A stretch of DNA of 64,000 nucleotides, from positions 478,474 to 542,473 of the forward strand of contig JBOEGF010000008.1 of the NCBI GenBank assembly GCA_050633305.1, read 5' to 3'. The position numbers were made by a program, and so were the translations under genes. Shown here one piece after another: positions 1 through 9,667 of the stretch. The stretch's first letter is position 1, and every line of letters starts with the position of its first letter. The notes beneath the pieces are model-generated. The model did no database searches and was not told the DNA's origin. It saw nothing but the letters and a program-made list of their open reading frames with translations. The DNA is from Nannocystales bacterium (lineage in GTDB: Bacteria > Myxococcota_A > Polyangia > Nannocystales > Nannocystaceae).

Positions 1-39
1 CAAGCGTGCTCTCCCATCAGCGTGCGAACGCCGCAACGC

Positions 40-1587
40 CTAGGACGCAGCGGGGAGCTCGATTCGAAAGGTGGTCCCCTCCGGCCCGGTCTCCTCGACA
101 CGAACGGAGCCCCCGTGGTCCACGACGATCTCCTGAACGATGGGCAGACCGAGCCCGGTCCCCTGCGCTTTGCGCGTATAGAACGCCTCGAAGATACGCT
201 CCAACGCGTCTTCAGGCAGATCGATGCCCGGGCCATTGTCGCGAACAACGACGACGACCCTGCCGTCCTTACAGCGCATCCGCACCTCGACCTGGGGCGC
301 AGCCACCTCGTCTCGGTCGGGCTCGGTCACGGCCTCCAGCGCGTTGCGGATCAGATTCATGAAGACCTGGCGGAGCTGGTTTCCGTCCCCGCTAATCCAG
401 ACCTCGTCCTCCGGGAAGGTGGATCCGAGCGCCACCCCGGCGAGCTCGACCTCGGGGCGGAGGAAAGTGAGCAGGCTGCGAAGCTCCTCGCGCAGGTCGA
501 GTCTCGCCAGCTCGGGCTTGGGCCGCCTCGCAAACCGCAGGTAGTCCTCGGTGATGGTGTTGAGTCGGTCGACCTCCTTGGTGATCGAACCGAGCAGGTT
601 CCGCGCCTCGGGACTCGCCGCGTCCATCTCGTCCTCGAGCAGCTCGACGTTGAGCGCGACGCTCGACAAGGGGTTGCGGATCTCGTGCGTGATCTGGGCC
701 GCCAACTGTCCAGCCGCCGCCAAACGCTCCCCCCGCAGGAGCCTGCGTTCACGTTCCTCGAGCGCGCCCGCCATGTGGTTGAACTCGGCCGCGAGCTGGC
801 TGACCTCATCGCTGCGTTGCGCGCCATCGATCTCGACGCGTTGAGACCAGTCTCCCTGGGCGAGGTCTCGGACCTTTTGTGTCAGCTGCCGAAGCGGGCG
901 CAGGGTGAGAAACAACCCTCCGGTCGCTAAAGCACCCAGCACGGCCACGGCCACGACCAGCAGCACAGTCCGCCGCTCGGTCTCCTCGCGAGCCTCGGCC
1001 ACCTCGGCGTCGAGTTCCTGAACCGCCGTTTCGGATTGCACAGCCAGCGTCTTGAACAACTGCGTGATCTGGTTCTGAGTCTGGATGTCGACGAGAACCT
1101 CGGTCGGCGTGACCACCTCGTCGTTGACCACCAGCTCTTGGAGTTGGTCGAGCGAATCCTGAATCTCCTGCAACGCTTGAAGCTGTCCGTCCCCGAACGC
1201 GGAGGGTTCACGCAGCGTGGCATCGACCGGTTCACGAGCTGCAACGACACTGGTGCTCCGCGCACGAAGCGCGATGGAGAAGTTCGACAGGAATGCGTCG
1301 TCGAGTGTGTCGACGGCCTGGGTCTGATGCGTTCGCACCTGTTCGTGCACGCGAACGGCTTGAACGTGCGCGGTCGCCAGGCGTTGGTTGAACACGACGT
1401 AGACTTCCGTGAGGCGATCGAAGCTGGCTTGCAGCGAGCGTAGCTGGGCGATCATCACGACGGCCGAAGCCGCCGCCGCCAACAACATGATCAGCACCAA
1501 CACCGAGATGCGGGCGGCCAACGAGTTGCGCAGCTGAACACGCGCGGAGGGTTCCTCGCTCACCGCTTCATCGGAACTCCTATCCAC
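40..1587 (-). CDS. Membrane sensor histidine kinase (2 TM, HAMP, HisKA, HATPase_c)
   Basis: Two hydrophobic segments, HAMP (PLRQL...DEVSQLAAEFNHM), H-box THEIRNPLSS, N-box QVFMNLIRNA, G1 DNGPGI, G2 GTGLGL. Confidence 0.95.
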   Translation of the reverse strand: MDRSSDEAVSEEPSARVQLRNSLAARISVLVLIMLLAAAASAVVMIAQLRSLQASFDRLTEVYVVFNQRLATAHVQAVRVHEQVRTHQTQAVDTLDDAFLSNFSIALRARSTSVVAAREPVDATLREPSAFGDGQLQALQEIQDSLDQLQELVVNDEVVTPTEVLVDIQTQNQITQLFKTLAVQSETAVQELDAEVAEAREETERRTVLLVVAVAVLGALATGGLFLTLRPLRQLTQKVRDLAQGDWSQRVEIDGAQRSDEVSQLAAEFNHMAGALEERERRLLRGERLAAAGQLAAQITHEIRNPLSSVALNVELLEDEMDAASPEARNLLGSITKEVDRLNTITEDYLRFARRPKPELARLDLREELRSLLTFLRPEVELAGVALGSTFPEDEVWISGDGNQLRQVFMNLIRNALEAVTEPDRDEVAAPQVEVRMRCKDGRVVVVVRDNGPGIDLPEDALERIFEAFYTRKAQGTGLGLPIVQEIVVDHGGSVRVEETGPEGTTFRIELPAAS

Positions 1588-1691
1588 GCCCCGGCAAGAT
1601 AGACCGAGGGCCGAATTGGCGCAAAACGCGAGCCCCTTTTCTCTCGCAGCGCACCATGCAACTGTTGGTTGGGTCTCGGCCCCGCCTCATC

Positions 1692-2777
1692 ATGAACTCG
1701 CGCCCGCTCCTCGCTTCCCTCCTGTGCGCCAGCCTTGCTTCGTTTGCCCCTGTGGCAGCGCATGCGCAGCTGCCACCCGCAGGAGTGAGCGCGGTGATGG
1801 TCTCCATGGCCACCCAGGACGCCGAGCCCGCGGTCACCAGCGTGCTCGGCCTGCGAAGCGAGGACAGCGAGGCAGGGGAGCGACTCACCACGTCGCTGCG
1901 CTCGGCATTCGCGGAGCGGGACATGGCCGGCGGGCAAGACCTCACGCTCGAAGAGGTCATCCTGACGCTCGATTGCTCGAGCGAGGAAGACACCGCGTGC
2001 ATGACCGAAGCCGGCAGCGCGCTCGAGGCCCAGAAGCTCGTGTACGGGAGCCTGGACAAGTCGGGCGGAAGCTACGTCGTTGAGATCAGCGTGCTCAACG
2101 TGACGACCGGCCAGGTCGAAGCCCAAGGAACCCTGCCGTTCGACGAGGAAGCCCTCACCGCGGCAAACGTCGACGCAACGGCGGTCGAAGTCGTCAACAG
2201 CTTGTATCCGCAGGCCGATACTTCCGTCGTCGCAGCGACCCCACTCGATGGCGGCGAGGGAACCGTCGACAACCCTCCCGAAGACTCCGATCCCCCCCGA
2301 GAGTCCAACTACGTGTGGGGCCCGTACAAGCCTCGACCCACCTGGAAGAAGGTCGGTCTCGGCGTGAGCGCGAGTCTCACCGTCCTGGGGGCGACCGCTG
2401 GCGTCCTGGGCTGGTGGTACTACAAGGTCAAACACGAGTCCCGAATCACCGAGGCGAAGAACCGCAACGGTGATGCGATCGGAAACGAATCAACGATCGA
2501 TTACTGCCGCCGAATCCTCAAAAAAGAGGAAGGCGGCGAGGTCGACGACCTCGATCGGTCGTACGGCTGCCAATCGTTCGTCGGCGGTCGAAACGTGAAC
2601 AACGCGGGTGTCGCGGTTGCGGTGGTCGCGGGGATCTCGACGGTGGTCTTCACCACGCTCATGTTCGTCCACAAGAAGAGTGCTCCGGGGTCCGAAGCCC
2701 GCAAGCCCGCCCGGTTCCGTCTCTCGGGCGGTCCAACCCGCGGCGGAGCGTTCCTCGGCGGAGAGGGACGCTTCTAG
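1692..2777 (+). CDS. Secreted myxobacterial-type hypothetical protein with C-terminal two-helix + ...GGEGRF module
   Basis: Signal peptide MNSRPLLASLLCASLASFAPVAAHA; CsgG/TolB-N-like N-domain; Gly-rich hydrophobic helices; terminal Phe. Confidence 0.75.
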   Translation: MNSRPLLASLLCASLASFAPVAAHAQLPPAGVSAVMVSMATQDAEPAVTSVLGLRSEDSEAGERLTTSLRSAFAERDMAGGQDLTLEEVILTLDCSSEEDTACMTEAGSALEAQKLVYGSLDKSGGSYVVEISVLNVTTGQVEAQGTLPFDEEALTAANVDATAVEVVNSLYPQADTSVVAATPLDGGEGTVDNPPEDSDPPRESNYVWGPYKPRPTWKKVGLGVSASLTVLGATAGVLGWWYYKVKHESRITEAKNRNGDAIGNESTIDYCRRILKKEEGGEVDDLDRSYGCQSFVGGRNVNNAGVAVAVVAGISTVVFTTLMFVHKKSAPGSEARKPARFRLSGGPTRGGAFLGGEGRF

Positions 2778-2814
2778 GGTCCCCCCCCTCGACCTGCAGC
2801 AGCCCGACCCTGTG

Positions 2815-2848
2815 GTCGTGGCCAGGTCGTGGCCAGGTCGTGGGCCAG
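2815..2848. repeat. 11-bp tandem repeat GTCGTGGCCAG x3 (third copy has 1-nt insertion) between convergent genes
   Basis: Read directly at 2815-2825, 2826-2836, 2837-2848. Confidence 0.7.
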
Positions 2849-2879
2849 GCCAGGTGTCGCACTCAGGCCAGAGGCAAGC

Positions 2880-3716
2880 TCAAGGCGCCTGCTTCGCGGG
2901 GTGGGGCGTCGGCACGGCACCGTCGAGCGCTTTGCCCTTCGCTTCAGCCGGGTCCCTCACCGGGGTGGGCTTCGCACCGCCCTTGGCCGGCGCGAACTCG
3001 ATCTCTCGAGTATCGATCACATCGAGCGACACACCGATTGTCACCCGAAGGTAATGGTCGTTCTTGGGTGAGTGCTTGTTCGGTGGACCCGAGGGTGCGG
3101 ACTTCACCATCCGCCAAAGCGGCTCGCCGTCGTACGTCTGACGTTTGAGCGCTTCGACCACAAGCGCGGGCTCGTGCTCGTAGGGAGAGCGAAGCACGAA
3201 GCTACAGCGGACGGTGCGGCACTGGGTCCCGCTGACGACCACGCGGGGGTCTTCGGGTGCGCCTGTAAAGGCCTCCTTGCGAGCGACGACGACCGCCTTG
3301 TTGACCGTCGACTGCATACGGCGGCCCCACTTGCCCTTGATCGTCTCGCTGTCGTAGCGCTCGTCTTTCCAGCGCTTCCACGCCGCATCCATCTGGGCGG
3401 GTGTGCGCTCGGCCGCGCGAGTCTTCGAACGACGGCCAGCCCGTTTGGACTTGGACTTGTCCTTCTTGGGCATGACCACCTTTTCGTCCGGGACGTTGAG
3501 CGAAAAATGGACCCCGACCGCACCCAGTACGAGCACGGGAGCAAGCACCGCCCGTGCGATGCGAAGGCCCCGCGTGGGCAGGGCAGCCTCACGGGGACCA
3601 TCCGCGCGCGAGGTGCCTGCGGCGGCTTCCGCCGGAGCCCGCGACTCACCCGATTCGCCGGGCCCAGTGGGGCCCTCTGCCGGCGGGTGCGAGGAGGAGG
3701 ATTCTGCGTCACTCAT
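2880..3716 (-). CDS. Membrane-anchored hypothetical protein (CRxxxC motif)
   Basis: Start MSDAESS overlaps the upstream gene; one TM (VLAPVLVLGAVGV); Lys/Arg-rich; QCRTVRC motif. Confidence 0.7.
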   Translation of the reverse strand: MSDAESSSSHPPAEGPTGPGESGESRAPAEAAAGTSRADGPREAALPTRGLRIARAVLAPVLVLGAVGVHFSLNVPDEKVVMPKKDKSKSKRAGRRSKTRAAERTPAQMDAAWKRWKDERYDSETIKGKWGRRMQSTVNKAVVVARKEAFTGAPEDPRVVVSGTQCRTVRCSFVLRSPYEHEPALVVEALKRQTYDGEPLWRMVKSAPSGPPNKHSPKNDHYLRVTIGVSLDVIDTREIEFAPAKGGAKPTPVRDPAEAKGKALDGAVPTPHPAKQAP

Positions 3717-4245
3717 CGTTGGATCCGTCGGGCGGCGTTTTCTCAATCCCTGCCGGCGGGGGCGGTGTGGGCAAGGAGACCTTCCAAGCGCCATCCTCGA
3801 GCACCAGCTGGACCTCGTGCCCGGTTCCATCGGCGCCGATCAGCTTCACCGTCGCGGCGTCCCCAGCGTTGGAGAGCAGCTCCGCCTTCGCGACAGCGAA
3901 GCGGGCATCGACATCGACGACCTGCAGCATCTCGGTCGGACTCACGCTACGACGGCCACCGATCTGATCGCTGGCCCTCTCCGCCGAGTGCTCGACGTAC
4001 GCGAGCGTCTTCTGGTCGACAGTCTCGAGCAAAGCCTCCGTGTCCCGGGTCCGGACTGCGACCGCAAACTGCTTGGCCGCCACAACCGGAGCGGGCTCTT
4101 CGTTGCAAGCCGTCAGCGTGGCGGCAAGGGTCAGCCCGCAAAGGAGCCTACTTTGCCAGGCCGCGGAACCCAGAGGCGAGCGCCTCGACTTGCAAAAAGC
4201 CCGAAACGCTCGGAAGGGCGAGAAGAGGGATCGGTCAGCTCGCAT
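3709..4245 (-). CDS. Putative lipoprotein (NTF2-like hypothetical)
   Basis: Lipobox-like LAATLTAC; C-terminal LVLEDGAWKV typical of NTF2-like lipoproteins; start uncertain. Confidence 0.65.
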   Translation of the reverse strand: MRADRSLFSPFRAFRAFCKSRRSPLGSAAWQSRLLCGLTLAATLTACNEEPAPVVAAKQFAVAVRTRDTEALLETVDQKTLAYVEHSAERASDQIGGRRSVSPTEMLQVVDVDARFAVAKAELLSNAGDAATVKLIGADGTGHEVQLVLEDGAWKVSLPTPPPPAGIEKTPPDGSNDE

Positions 4246-5650
4246 CGGTCTGGCTCTTGTGCATTCCGAGCCGCTTGAGCAGCTCACGAAGGTAGTAGCG
4301 GGTGATGCCCGCCTCGGCCGATGCGCGGCTGAGGTTGCCGTCGGTCTTCTCGAGCAGCTTGCCGAAGTACGCACGTTCGAAGGAGTCGACCATGTGCTGC
4401 TTGGCTTCCTTGAACGGCGTGTCGAACAGCGCCGGGTCGATCCCGCTGGAGGATGGCGCCGCGTCGGCCGGTGCAGGGCTCGCGGCCTGTTCACGACGAC
4501 CGATGTGGAGGTCGCTGGGCTCGATCACGCTGTCCCGACACAGGTGGGCCGCGCGTTGGATGATGTTCTTGAGCTGACGAACGTTGCCCGGGAACTGCTC
4601 GGCCGCGAGCGCTTCACGGGCAGCATCATTGAGACGCGGCTTGGCGACCGGCCGGGGGTAGCTGCGAACGAAGTCCTCGAGGAACTTCTCGGCCAGCATC
4701 ACGACGTCGTCCCCGCGCTTGCGCAGCGGCGGAAGCTCGACGCCCATCACCGACAGGCGAAAGTACAGGTCCTCGCGGAACTGGCCCTGGCCCACCATCA
4801 TCCGCAGGTCTCGGTGTGTGGCGGCCACGACACGAACATCGACCTGTCGGACTTGGCTCTCACCGATGCGTTGAACCTCGCGCCGATCGAGAACCCGCAG
4901 GAGCTTGGGTTGAAGATCGAGCGGAAGCTCCCCGATCTCGTCGAGAAACAACGTGCCGCCATCGGCCTCCTCGAAGCAGCCCGCGCGGTCGCTGACCGCC
5001 CCAGTGAAGGAGCCCTTCTTGTGCCCGAGGATTGCGGCTTCGGCGAGCTCGCGCGGCAACGAGCCGCAGTCGAGCACGACGAACGGGTGTTTTTCGCGGT
5101 GGGATTCGTCGTGCAGCGCGCGGGCGACGAGTTCCTTACCGCTGCCCGTCTCCCCGTGGATCAGCACGCTCATCTCTGTGGGAGCCACTCGCTCCAGGAC
5201 CGCGAAGACCTCGCGCATCGCTGGGCTCTTGCCGTCCAAGGCTCCGAAGTGGTCCTCACCCGAGATCGGAATCTGGACCTCGTCGGCGGACAACAGCTCG
5301 ACCTCGGTCTTGCCGACCTTGAGCATCGAGCCCGGCTCGATCCACGCCTCGCGAACCCGCACGGACCCGATGAAGGTCCCGTTGGTGCTGTCGAGGTCGT
5401 GCACGTGCACGCCGTCTTCTCCAATGATGAGTTCGGCGTGAGTCCCGCTGACGGAGGTGTCCGAAAGCGCCAGGTCGTTGACCGCGCTCCGTCCGATCGT
5501 GATCCGGGATCGCGCAACGGTGAGCTGGGAGCCCTTGTCAGGCCCATCCGTCACCCGCAGCATCACTCGCCGGAGCTGCTTGTGCGTGTGTTCAGACGCG
5601 AAGAACGTGGTGGTCATGCCCGTTTCGCTGGGCTCGCCTTTGGTCACCAA
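4235..5650 (-). CDS. FHA-domain sigma54-dependent enhancer-binding protein (FHA-AAA+-HTH)
   Basis: FHA (IGRS...VSGTHA...DLDSTNGT), Walker A GETGSGKE, GSFTGA (GAFTGA variant), LFLDEIGEL, FPGNVRQL, Fis-type HTH. Confidence 0.95.
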   Translation of the reverse strand: MVTKGEPSETGMTTTFFASEHTHKQLRRVMLRVTDGPDKGSQLTVARSRITIGRSAVNDLALSDTSVSGTHAELIIGEDGVHVHDLDSTNGTFIGSVRVREAWIEPGSMLKVGKTEVELLSADEVQIPISGEDHFGALDGKSPAMREVFAVLERVAPTEMSVLIHGETGSGKELVARALHDESHREKHPFVVLDCGSLPRELAEAAILGHKKGSFTGAVSDRAGCFEEADGGTLFLDEIGELPLDLQPKLLRVLDRREVQRIGESQVRQVDVRVVAATHRDLRMMVGQGQFREDLYFRLSVMGVELPPLRKRGDDVVMLAEKFLEDFVRSYPRPVAKPRLNDAAREALAAEQFPGNVRQLKNIIQRAAHLCRDSVIEPSDLHIGRREQAASPAPADAAPSSSGIDPALFDTPFKEAKQHMVDSFERAYFGKLLEKTDGNLSRASAEAGITRYYLRELLKRLGMHKSQTDAS

Positions 5651-5679
5651 GATGGAGTTCCTGTTCGATGCCGCAGGCT

Positions 5680-6372
5680 TCAGTTGAGCAGCTTAGAGTC
5701 CGGCCCAACGACCTTTAGATGGCGCTTTTTCGCCTTCTTCGACCCACGGAGCTTGCCCGAATCCCGCAACCGACGCCAGGGCTGCGTGACTGCCGCTGCC
5801 GCAACTGCGACCGCGACCGCAAGCGGTACGACGACCGGCCAAGGGCTTCCCCGGAACAGCGGAAGAACCAGCGCGAGGCCCACCAGGAGCGCCGAAAACC
5901 CCTTCACACTCAGCGGTAGCGACGCAAGCAGCCGCAGCTGTCGGTTGGCGAAAACGAACCCGAACGCGGTGATGGCCGCGAGGTCCATAGGCACACTGCC
6001 GCCAACCTCGATCCCTGCTGCGGTCGCACTTAGGGCACCGACAACGACCGAGGCGACGTAGCCCGCAACGCCCGCACCGAGAACCAGCGTGACGTACTTC
6101 TTCGTTCCCCAGAAGGCCTCGAGCTGGCTCCCGATGAACCACTGCGCGAATCCGGTGCTCAACAAGCCGATCAGCTCGTTGTTGGGAAACATGAAGTTGG
6201 CGGTGAGCGGAGACCAGAGTTCGTCGCCCGAGAGCACGGCACTGGGCTGGAGCGCCAGCTGGTTCGCAACCGGCTGATCGCCCAGCATCGCGGAGAGCAC
6301 CGCTGCCGCCAGAAAAATCGCGAACGAGCCCCGGCCAAACTTGGGCAACGAACCAAACGGATTATTGGACAT
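5680..6372 (-). CDS. Rhomboid-superfamily membrane protein, probably catalytically inactive
   Basis: Rhomboid-like N-half (ELWSPLTANF, FIGSQLEAFWGTKKY), about 6 TM, basic tail RHLKVV; no TM6 catalytic His seen. Confidence 0.7.
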   Translation of the reverse strand: MSNNPFGSLPKFGRGSFAIFLAAAVLSAMLGDQPVANQLALQPSAVLSGDELWSPLTANFMFPNNELIGLLSTGFAQWFIGSQLEAFWGTKKYVTLVLGAGVAGYVASVVVGALSATAAGIEVGGSVPMDLAAITAFGFVFANRQLRLLASLPLSVKGFSALLVGLALVLPLFRGSPWPVVVPLAVAVAVAAAAVTQPWRRLRDSGKLRGSKKAKKRHLKVVGPDSKLLN

Positions 6373-6562
6373 CAGTCGACCTCGGTCGGGCAGAAGACGC
6401 GGTCAGCGTCGGCCAACATCTAGGGCGCGCCACCTGCACAGCTTAGCAGGCCGCACGCCGGTCGGGCACCGCGCGGCGCGATTGGGACGTCGATCGGTGG
6501 GCCAAGGTGGTCCGCGCGGCGCGTTTTTTGGCGGTCTCGCGCCTGATCGGCAGGCTCGCTCC

Positions 6563-6874
6563 ATGGGCATCGAGCGTCGCCGTCATCGCATCTTCGTCAC
6601 GCGCCACACCGAGTACCACCTGCGACGGGACGAGTGCGTCGGGGTACGCGACCGGAAGAGTGGTCGTTGGTACCGCGATCATGCCGCGCTCCGCCTTCAT
6701 ACCGTGACGGTTCCCGTCCAGGGCAACGACGACACGTGGATCGGTGAGCGACTCAAGTTCTTCGGCAACCACACCGACGTCGTGACGAGCCCGGTCGTCA
6801 AAGTCGGGCGACCACCGAAGACATCGCTCGACCACTACGTCAGTCTCGCGACGTCCGGCGCGATCGCCAACTGA
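6563..6874 (+). CDS. Small basic conserved hypothetical protein
   Basis: 103 aa, ERRRHRIFVTRHTEYH...CVGVRDR; good codon bias; fills the intergenic gap. Confidence 0.7.
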   Translation: MGIERRRHRIFVTRHTEYHLRRDECVGVRDRKSGRWYRDHAALRLHTVTVPVQGNDDTWIGERLKFFGNHTDVVTSPVVKVGRPPKTSLDHYVSLATSGAIAN

Positions 6875-6877
6875 GCC

Positions 6878-7816
6878 TCAGCCCGCCTTCTTCGCGTCAG
6901 GCTTCGCCTCAGGCTTGTCGCCCTCGGCAGGCTTCTCAGCCTTCTCGCCTTCGGCCTTCGCTGCCTCGCCGCCTTCGGCTTTCGCTGCCTCGCCGCCTTC
7001 GGCCTTCGCTGCCTCGCCGCCCTCGGCTTTCGCTGCCTCGCCGCCTTCGGCTTTCGCTGCTTCGCCGCCCTCGACTTTCGCTGCTTCGCCGCCTGCAGCT
7101 GCGCTTGGGGCGTCATCACCGTCGTAGCAGCACAGGATGCCGCCGTTGCGATCGGAGGTCATCGCCCCGCAGCCCTCGGTCGTTCCGCGGGAGATTCGGG
7201 TCTTGCCCTTCCAGACGGCGTCCTTGCATTTCCCCGACAGGCAATCGTTTCCGCAACACACCGGCTCAGCCCCGATCCCCGCCTGCACGCAAGGCAGGTC
7301 GGTGTTCTTCGTGATGCGCGGGCAGGGGTCGATTTCGTCGGTGGGCGAGTGGCTGATCGCAGCGTTGAACCGTCCAGGGCCCGCGGCGTCGCACTCCTTC
7401 TGGGTGGCGCGCGTCTTGAGGTCCTCGCCTTTGCCGTCAGCACCGCAAACATGCCAGCCCGGCGCACACACGTCCGCGGGCGCACCGCACTCTTCGCCAT
7501 CATCGCCACAGGGCTTGCCGGTCGGCTCCTCACGAAGGGACTTGCTCTCCTTCCACTTGCCCATGCATCCCGCGACGCGGGGGTTCTTCTCGATGTCGGC
7601 GAAGCCCTCCCGCTGACCGTCGGCACACCCGGCGATCTTGGGGTCGACCTTCTCGCTCTCGACGAACTTGAAGTTCTTCACCGAGCCAGGACGGTCGCCG
7701 TCGTAGTAGTCGCCTTGGTACGGCCCGGAGCCACACGTGCACCCGGACTGAACCAGGAGAGCGGTAAGAGAAGCCGTTGCAAGCGCAAGCTGCGGGAATC
7801 GTGCGAACCCGAACAT
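6878..7816 (-). CDS. Cys-rich secreted/lipoprotein (GCADGxREGF domain) with (GGEAAKAE)n tail
   Basis: Signal peptide with SGCTC; many Cys; TATGCT box 7 nt upstream of ATG 7816. Confidence 0.8.
   Translation of the reverse strand: MFGFARFPQLALATASLTALLVQSGCTCGSGPYQGDYYDGDRPGSVKNFKFVESEKVDPKIAGCADGQREGFADIEKNPRVAGCMGKWKESKSLREEPTGKPCGDDGEECGAPADVCAPGWHVCGADGKGEDLKTRATQKECDAAGPGRFNAAISHSPTDEIDPCPRITKNTDLPCVQAGIGAEPVCCGNDCLSGKCKDAVWKGKTRISRGTTEGCGAMTSDRNGGILCCYDGDDAPSAAAGGEAAKVEGGEAAKAEGGEAAKAEGGEAAKAEGGEAAKAEGGEAAKAEGEKAEKPAEGDKPEAKPDAKKAG
6947..7090. repeat. 24-bp coding tandem repeat x6 (GGEAAKAE)
   Basis: Units gccttcggc(c/t)ttcgctgcctcgcc at 6947, 6971, 6995, 7019, 7043, 7067. Confidence 0.9.
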
Positions 7817-7916
7817 GCGCAGGAGCATAGGCAAGCTCGTGCGCGGTTCAAACCCCTTTGGGCAGGTTTTTTCCCGGGGTTCTTCTCACGACCCCAAGCG
7901 CGAAGATCTTGCGCGC

Positions 7917-8792
7917 TCAGTCGTCGTCGTCATCGTCATCGTCCATCTCGGCCAGCTCGGCCTCGAGACGGTCGACCCGCTCGCGCTCGTCCTTGCTGAC
8001 GATGAACGCAACGCCCACGCTCGCCCAGAACAACCCGATCATGGGCGCTGCCATGAGCACCTGGGTGACGGGCTCGGGCGGCGTCAGCAGTGCACCGGCG
8101 ATGAAGAAGACCAGCGTCATCACCTTCCAGTGCCGGAGCAAGGTCTTGTGCGTGATCACCCCGGCCTTCGCCAAGAAGTACACACCGAGCGGAAACTCGA
8201 ACATTGCCCCGAAGCCGAGCAGCAGCCTCGTCTCGTATTGAACGTAGCTCTGATAGGTGAAGTTCGGCTTGATCGAGACGGCCGCATCCCCACCCGCGGC
8301 GGTGTCCAGGGAGTACTGCAGGAAGAAGTCCGTCGCGACAGGAACGACGAAGTAGTAGCAGAACACCCCGCCGCCCAAGAACATCACGGCACTGGTCGCC
8401 ACGAACGGCACGACCAAGTTGCGCTCGCTCCGATACAGGCCCGGCGCGATGAACATCCACATTTGGTAGAAGACGATCGGGCCGGCGATGAAGATCGCCG
8501 CGATGACGGCGATCCGAAGATCGGTCAGGAACGTCTCGAGTGCACTGAGAGCCTGGAGCTGGGCCTGCCCCTCGAGGCCCACTGAGACCCACGACTCGTA
8601 GAACGGCACCAACATGATGGTGCGTAGCTCGCCAACGAAGACGTAGCAGCCGATGAAGGCGACCACGATGCCGAACGCGGATCGAACCAACCGCTTCCGC
8701 AGCTCGTTGAGGTGGTCGAAGAACGACATCGGGACGTCGTCTTCGGGCGTCACTGCACCGGAGTCTTCTTCTTCGTCGGTCTTGTCAGCCAC
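7917..8792 (-). CDS. tatC: Twin-arginine translocase subunit TatC
   Basis: MSFFDHLNELRKRL, YQMWMFIAPGLYRSE, FEFP, GALLTPP. Confidence 0.97.
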   Translation of the reverse strand: MADKTDEEEDSGAVTPEDDVPMSFFDHLNELRKRLVRSAFGIVVAFIGCYVFVGELRTIMLVPFYESWVSVGLEGQAQLQALSALETFLTDLRIAVIAAIFIAGPIVFYQMWMFIAPGLYRSERNLVVPFVATSAVMFLGGGVFCYYFVVPVATDFFLQYSLDTAAGGDAAVSIKPNFTYQSYVQYETRLLLGFGAMFEFPLGVYFLAKAGVITHKTLLRHWKVMTLVFFIAGALLTPPEPVTQVLMAAPMIGLFWASVGVAFIVSKDERERVDRLEAELAEMDDDDDDDD

Positions 8793-8824
8793 GCGGTCGT
8801 TTTCCTGTCCGTGGGTCGGCGGCC

Positions 8825-9499
8825 TCAGGCCGCGCCCTGGTTGTGCGCATCGTCGTCGGCGCCACCGGTGGACGATGGCTTCGCGGCCTCGGCCCCGGAG
8901 GACTCATCGCGAGACGTCGCCGGAGGCTTGGGCACGGACGGGCGTTTGGCCTGGTGCGGCGGCGTTGCGGCCACAGGTCCGTCGGCTTCGGTTTCGGCCG
9001 ACGCCTCTGAGGATGTGGACGACGCGCGACGTTCATGCGGCGGCTGGGCAGAAACAGGCCCGTCGTCATGCTCCTGGCCTTCGCCGCCCTCCTCAGCAGA
9101 GTCTCCGCCCGCTGCAGCGCTGTCGTCGGAGGAACCGGCGGCCGGCTCGGCCTTCTCCGCATCCCGCTCGCGGGTCTGCTTCTCGAGCTTGGCCTGGTTG
9201 GCCTTGAGCAGCTTCTGCTGGGCCTTCCGCATCTCGGCGCGGGCTTTCATCAGCTCGCGCCGGGCGTCGGTTTCGACCTGACGGATCTGACCCTTCGTGC
9301 CCTTGACCAGTTCTTGGATCTCGTCGACCCCGTCGGCCGTCATGATCGTGTCTTTGAACTCGTCCGCAGTGGCCCGCAGCTGGCCCCAGAACTTCGCCAT
9401 GCTGCGAAGCATCTTGGGTAGCTCACGGGGGTTGAACAACATGAGAGCCACCACCGCGACGACGACCATCTCCATAGGGCCGATGCCGAACAAGGACAC
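8825..9499 (-). CDS. tatB: Twin-arginine translocase subunit TatB
   Basis: LFGIGPMEMVVVAVVALMLFNPRELP N-terminus, amphipathic helix, disordered tail; directly upstream of tatC. Confidence 0.9.
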   Translation of the reverse strand: MSLFGIGPMEMVVVAVVALMLFNPRELPKMLRSMAKFWGQLRATADEFKDTIMTADGVDEIQELVKGTKGQIRQVETDARRELMKARAEMRKAQQKLLKANQAKLEKQTRERDAEKAEPAAGSSDDSAAAGGDSAEEGGEGQEHDDGPVSAQPPHERRASSTSSEASAETEADGPVAATPPHQAKRPSVPKPPATSRDESSGAEAAKPSSTGGADDDAHNQGAA

Positions 9500-9667
9500 G
9501 CAGGCACCATAGCAGCGCTCGCACACACGGGCGAGAGCCCAGAGCGTGGGCCGCCTGCCCGATCTGCCAGGAACGCGACGAAAAAACGCGACACCGAACG
9601 TTCGATGTCGCGCTGGTTGCGCCTGGTGCAGGGTGCGAGCCCCACCGAGCGCGGTTCGACTGGGGGC

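Noticed and set aside
6947..7090. Regular 24-bp repeats as a CRISPR array (also 63881-64000)
   Set aside because: No unique spacers, in-frame coding repeats, and no cas genes
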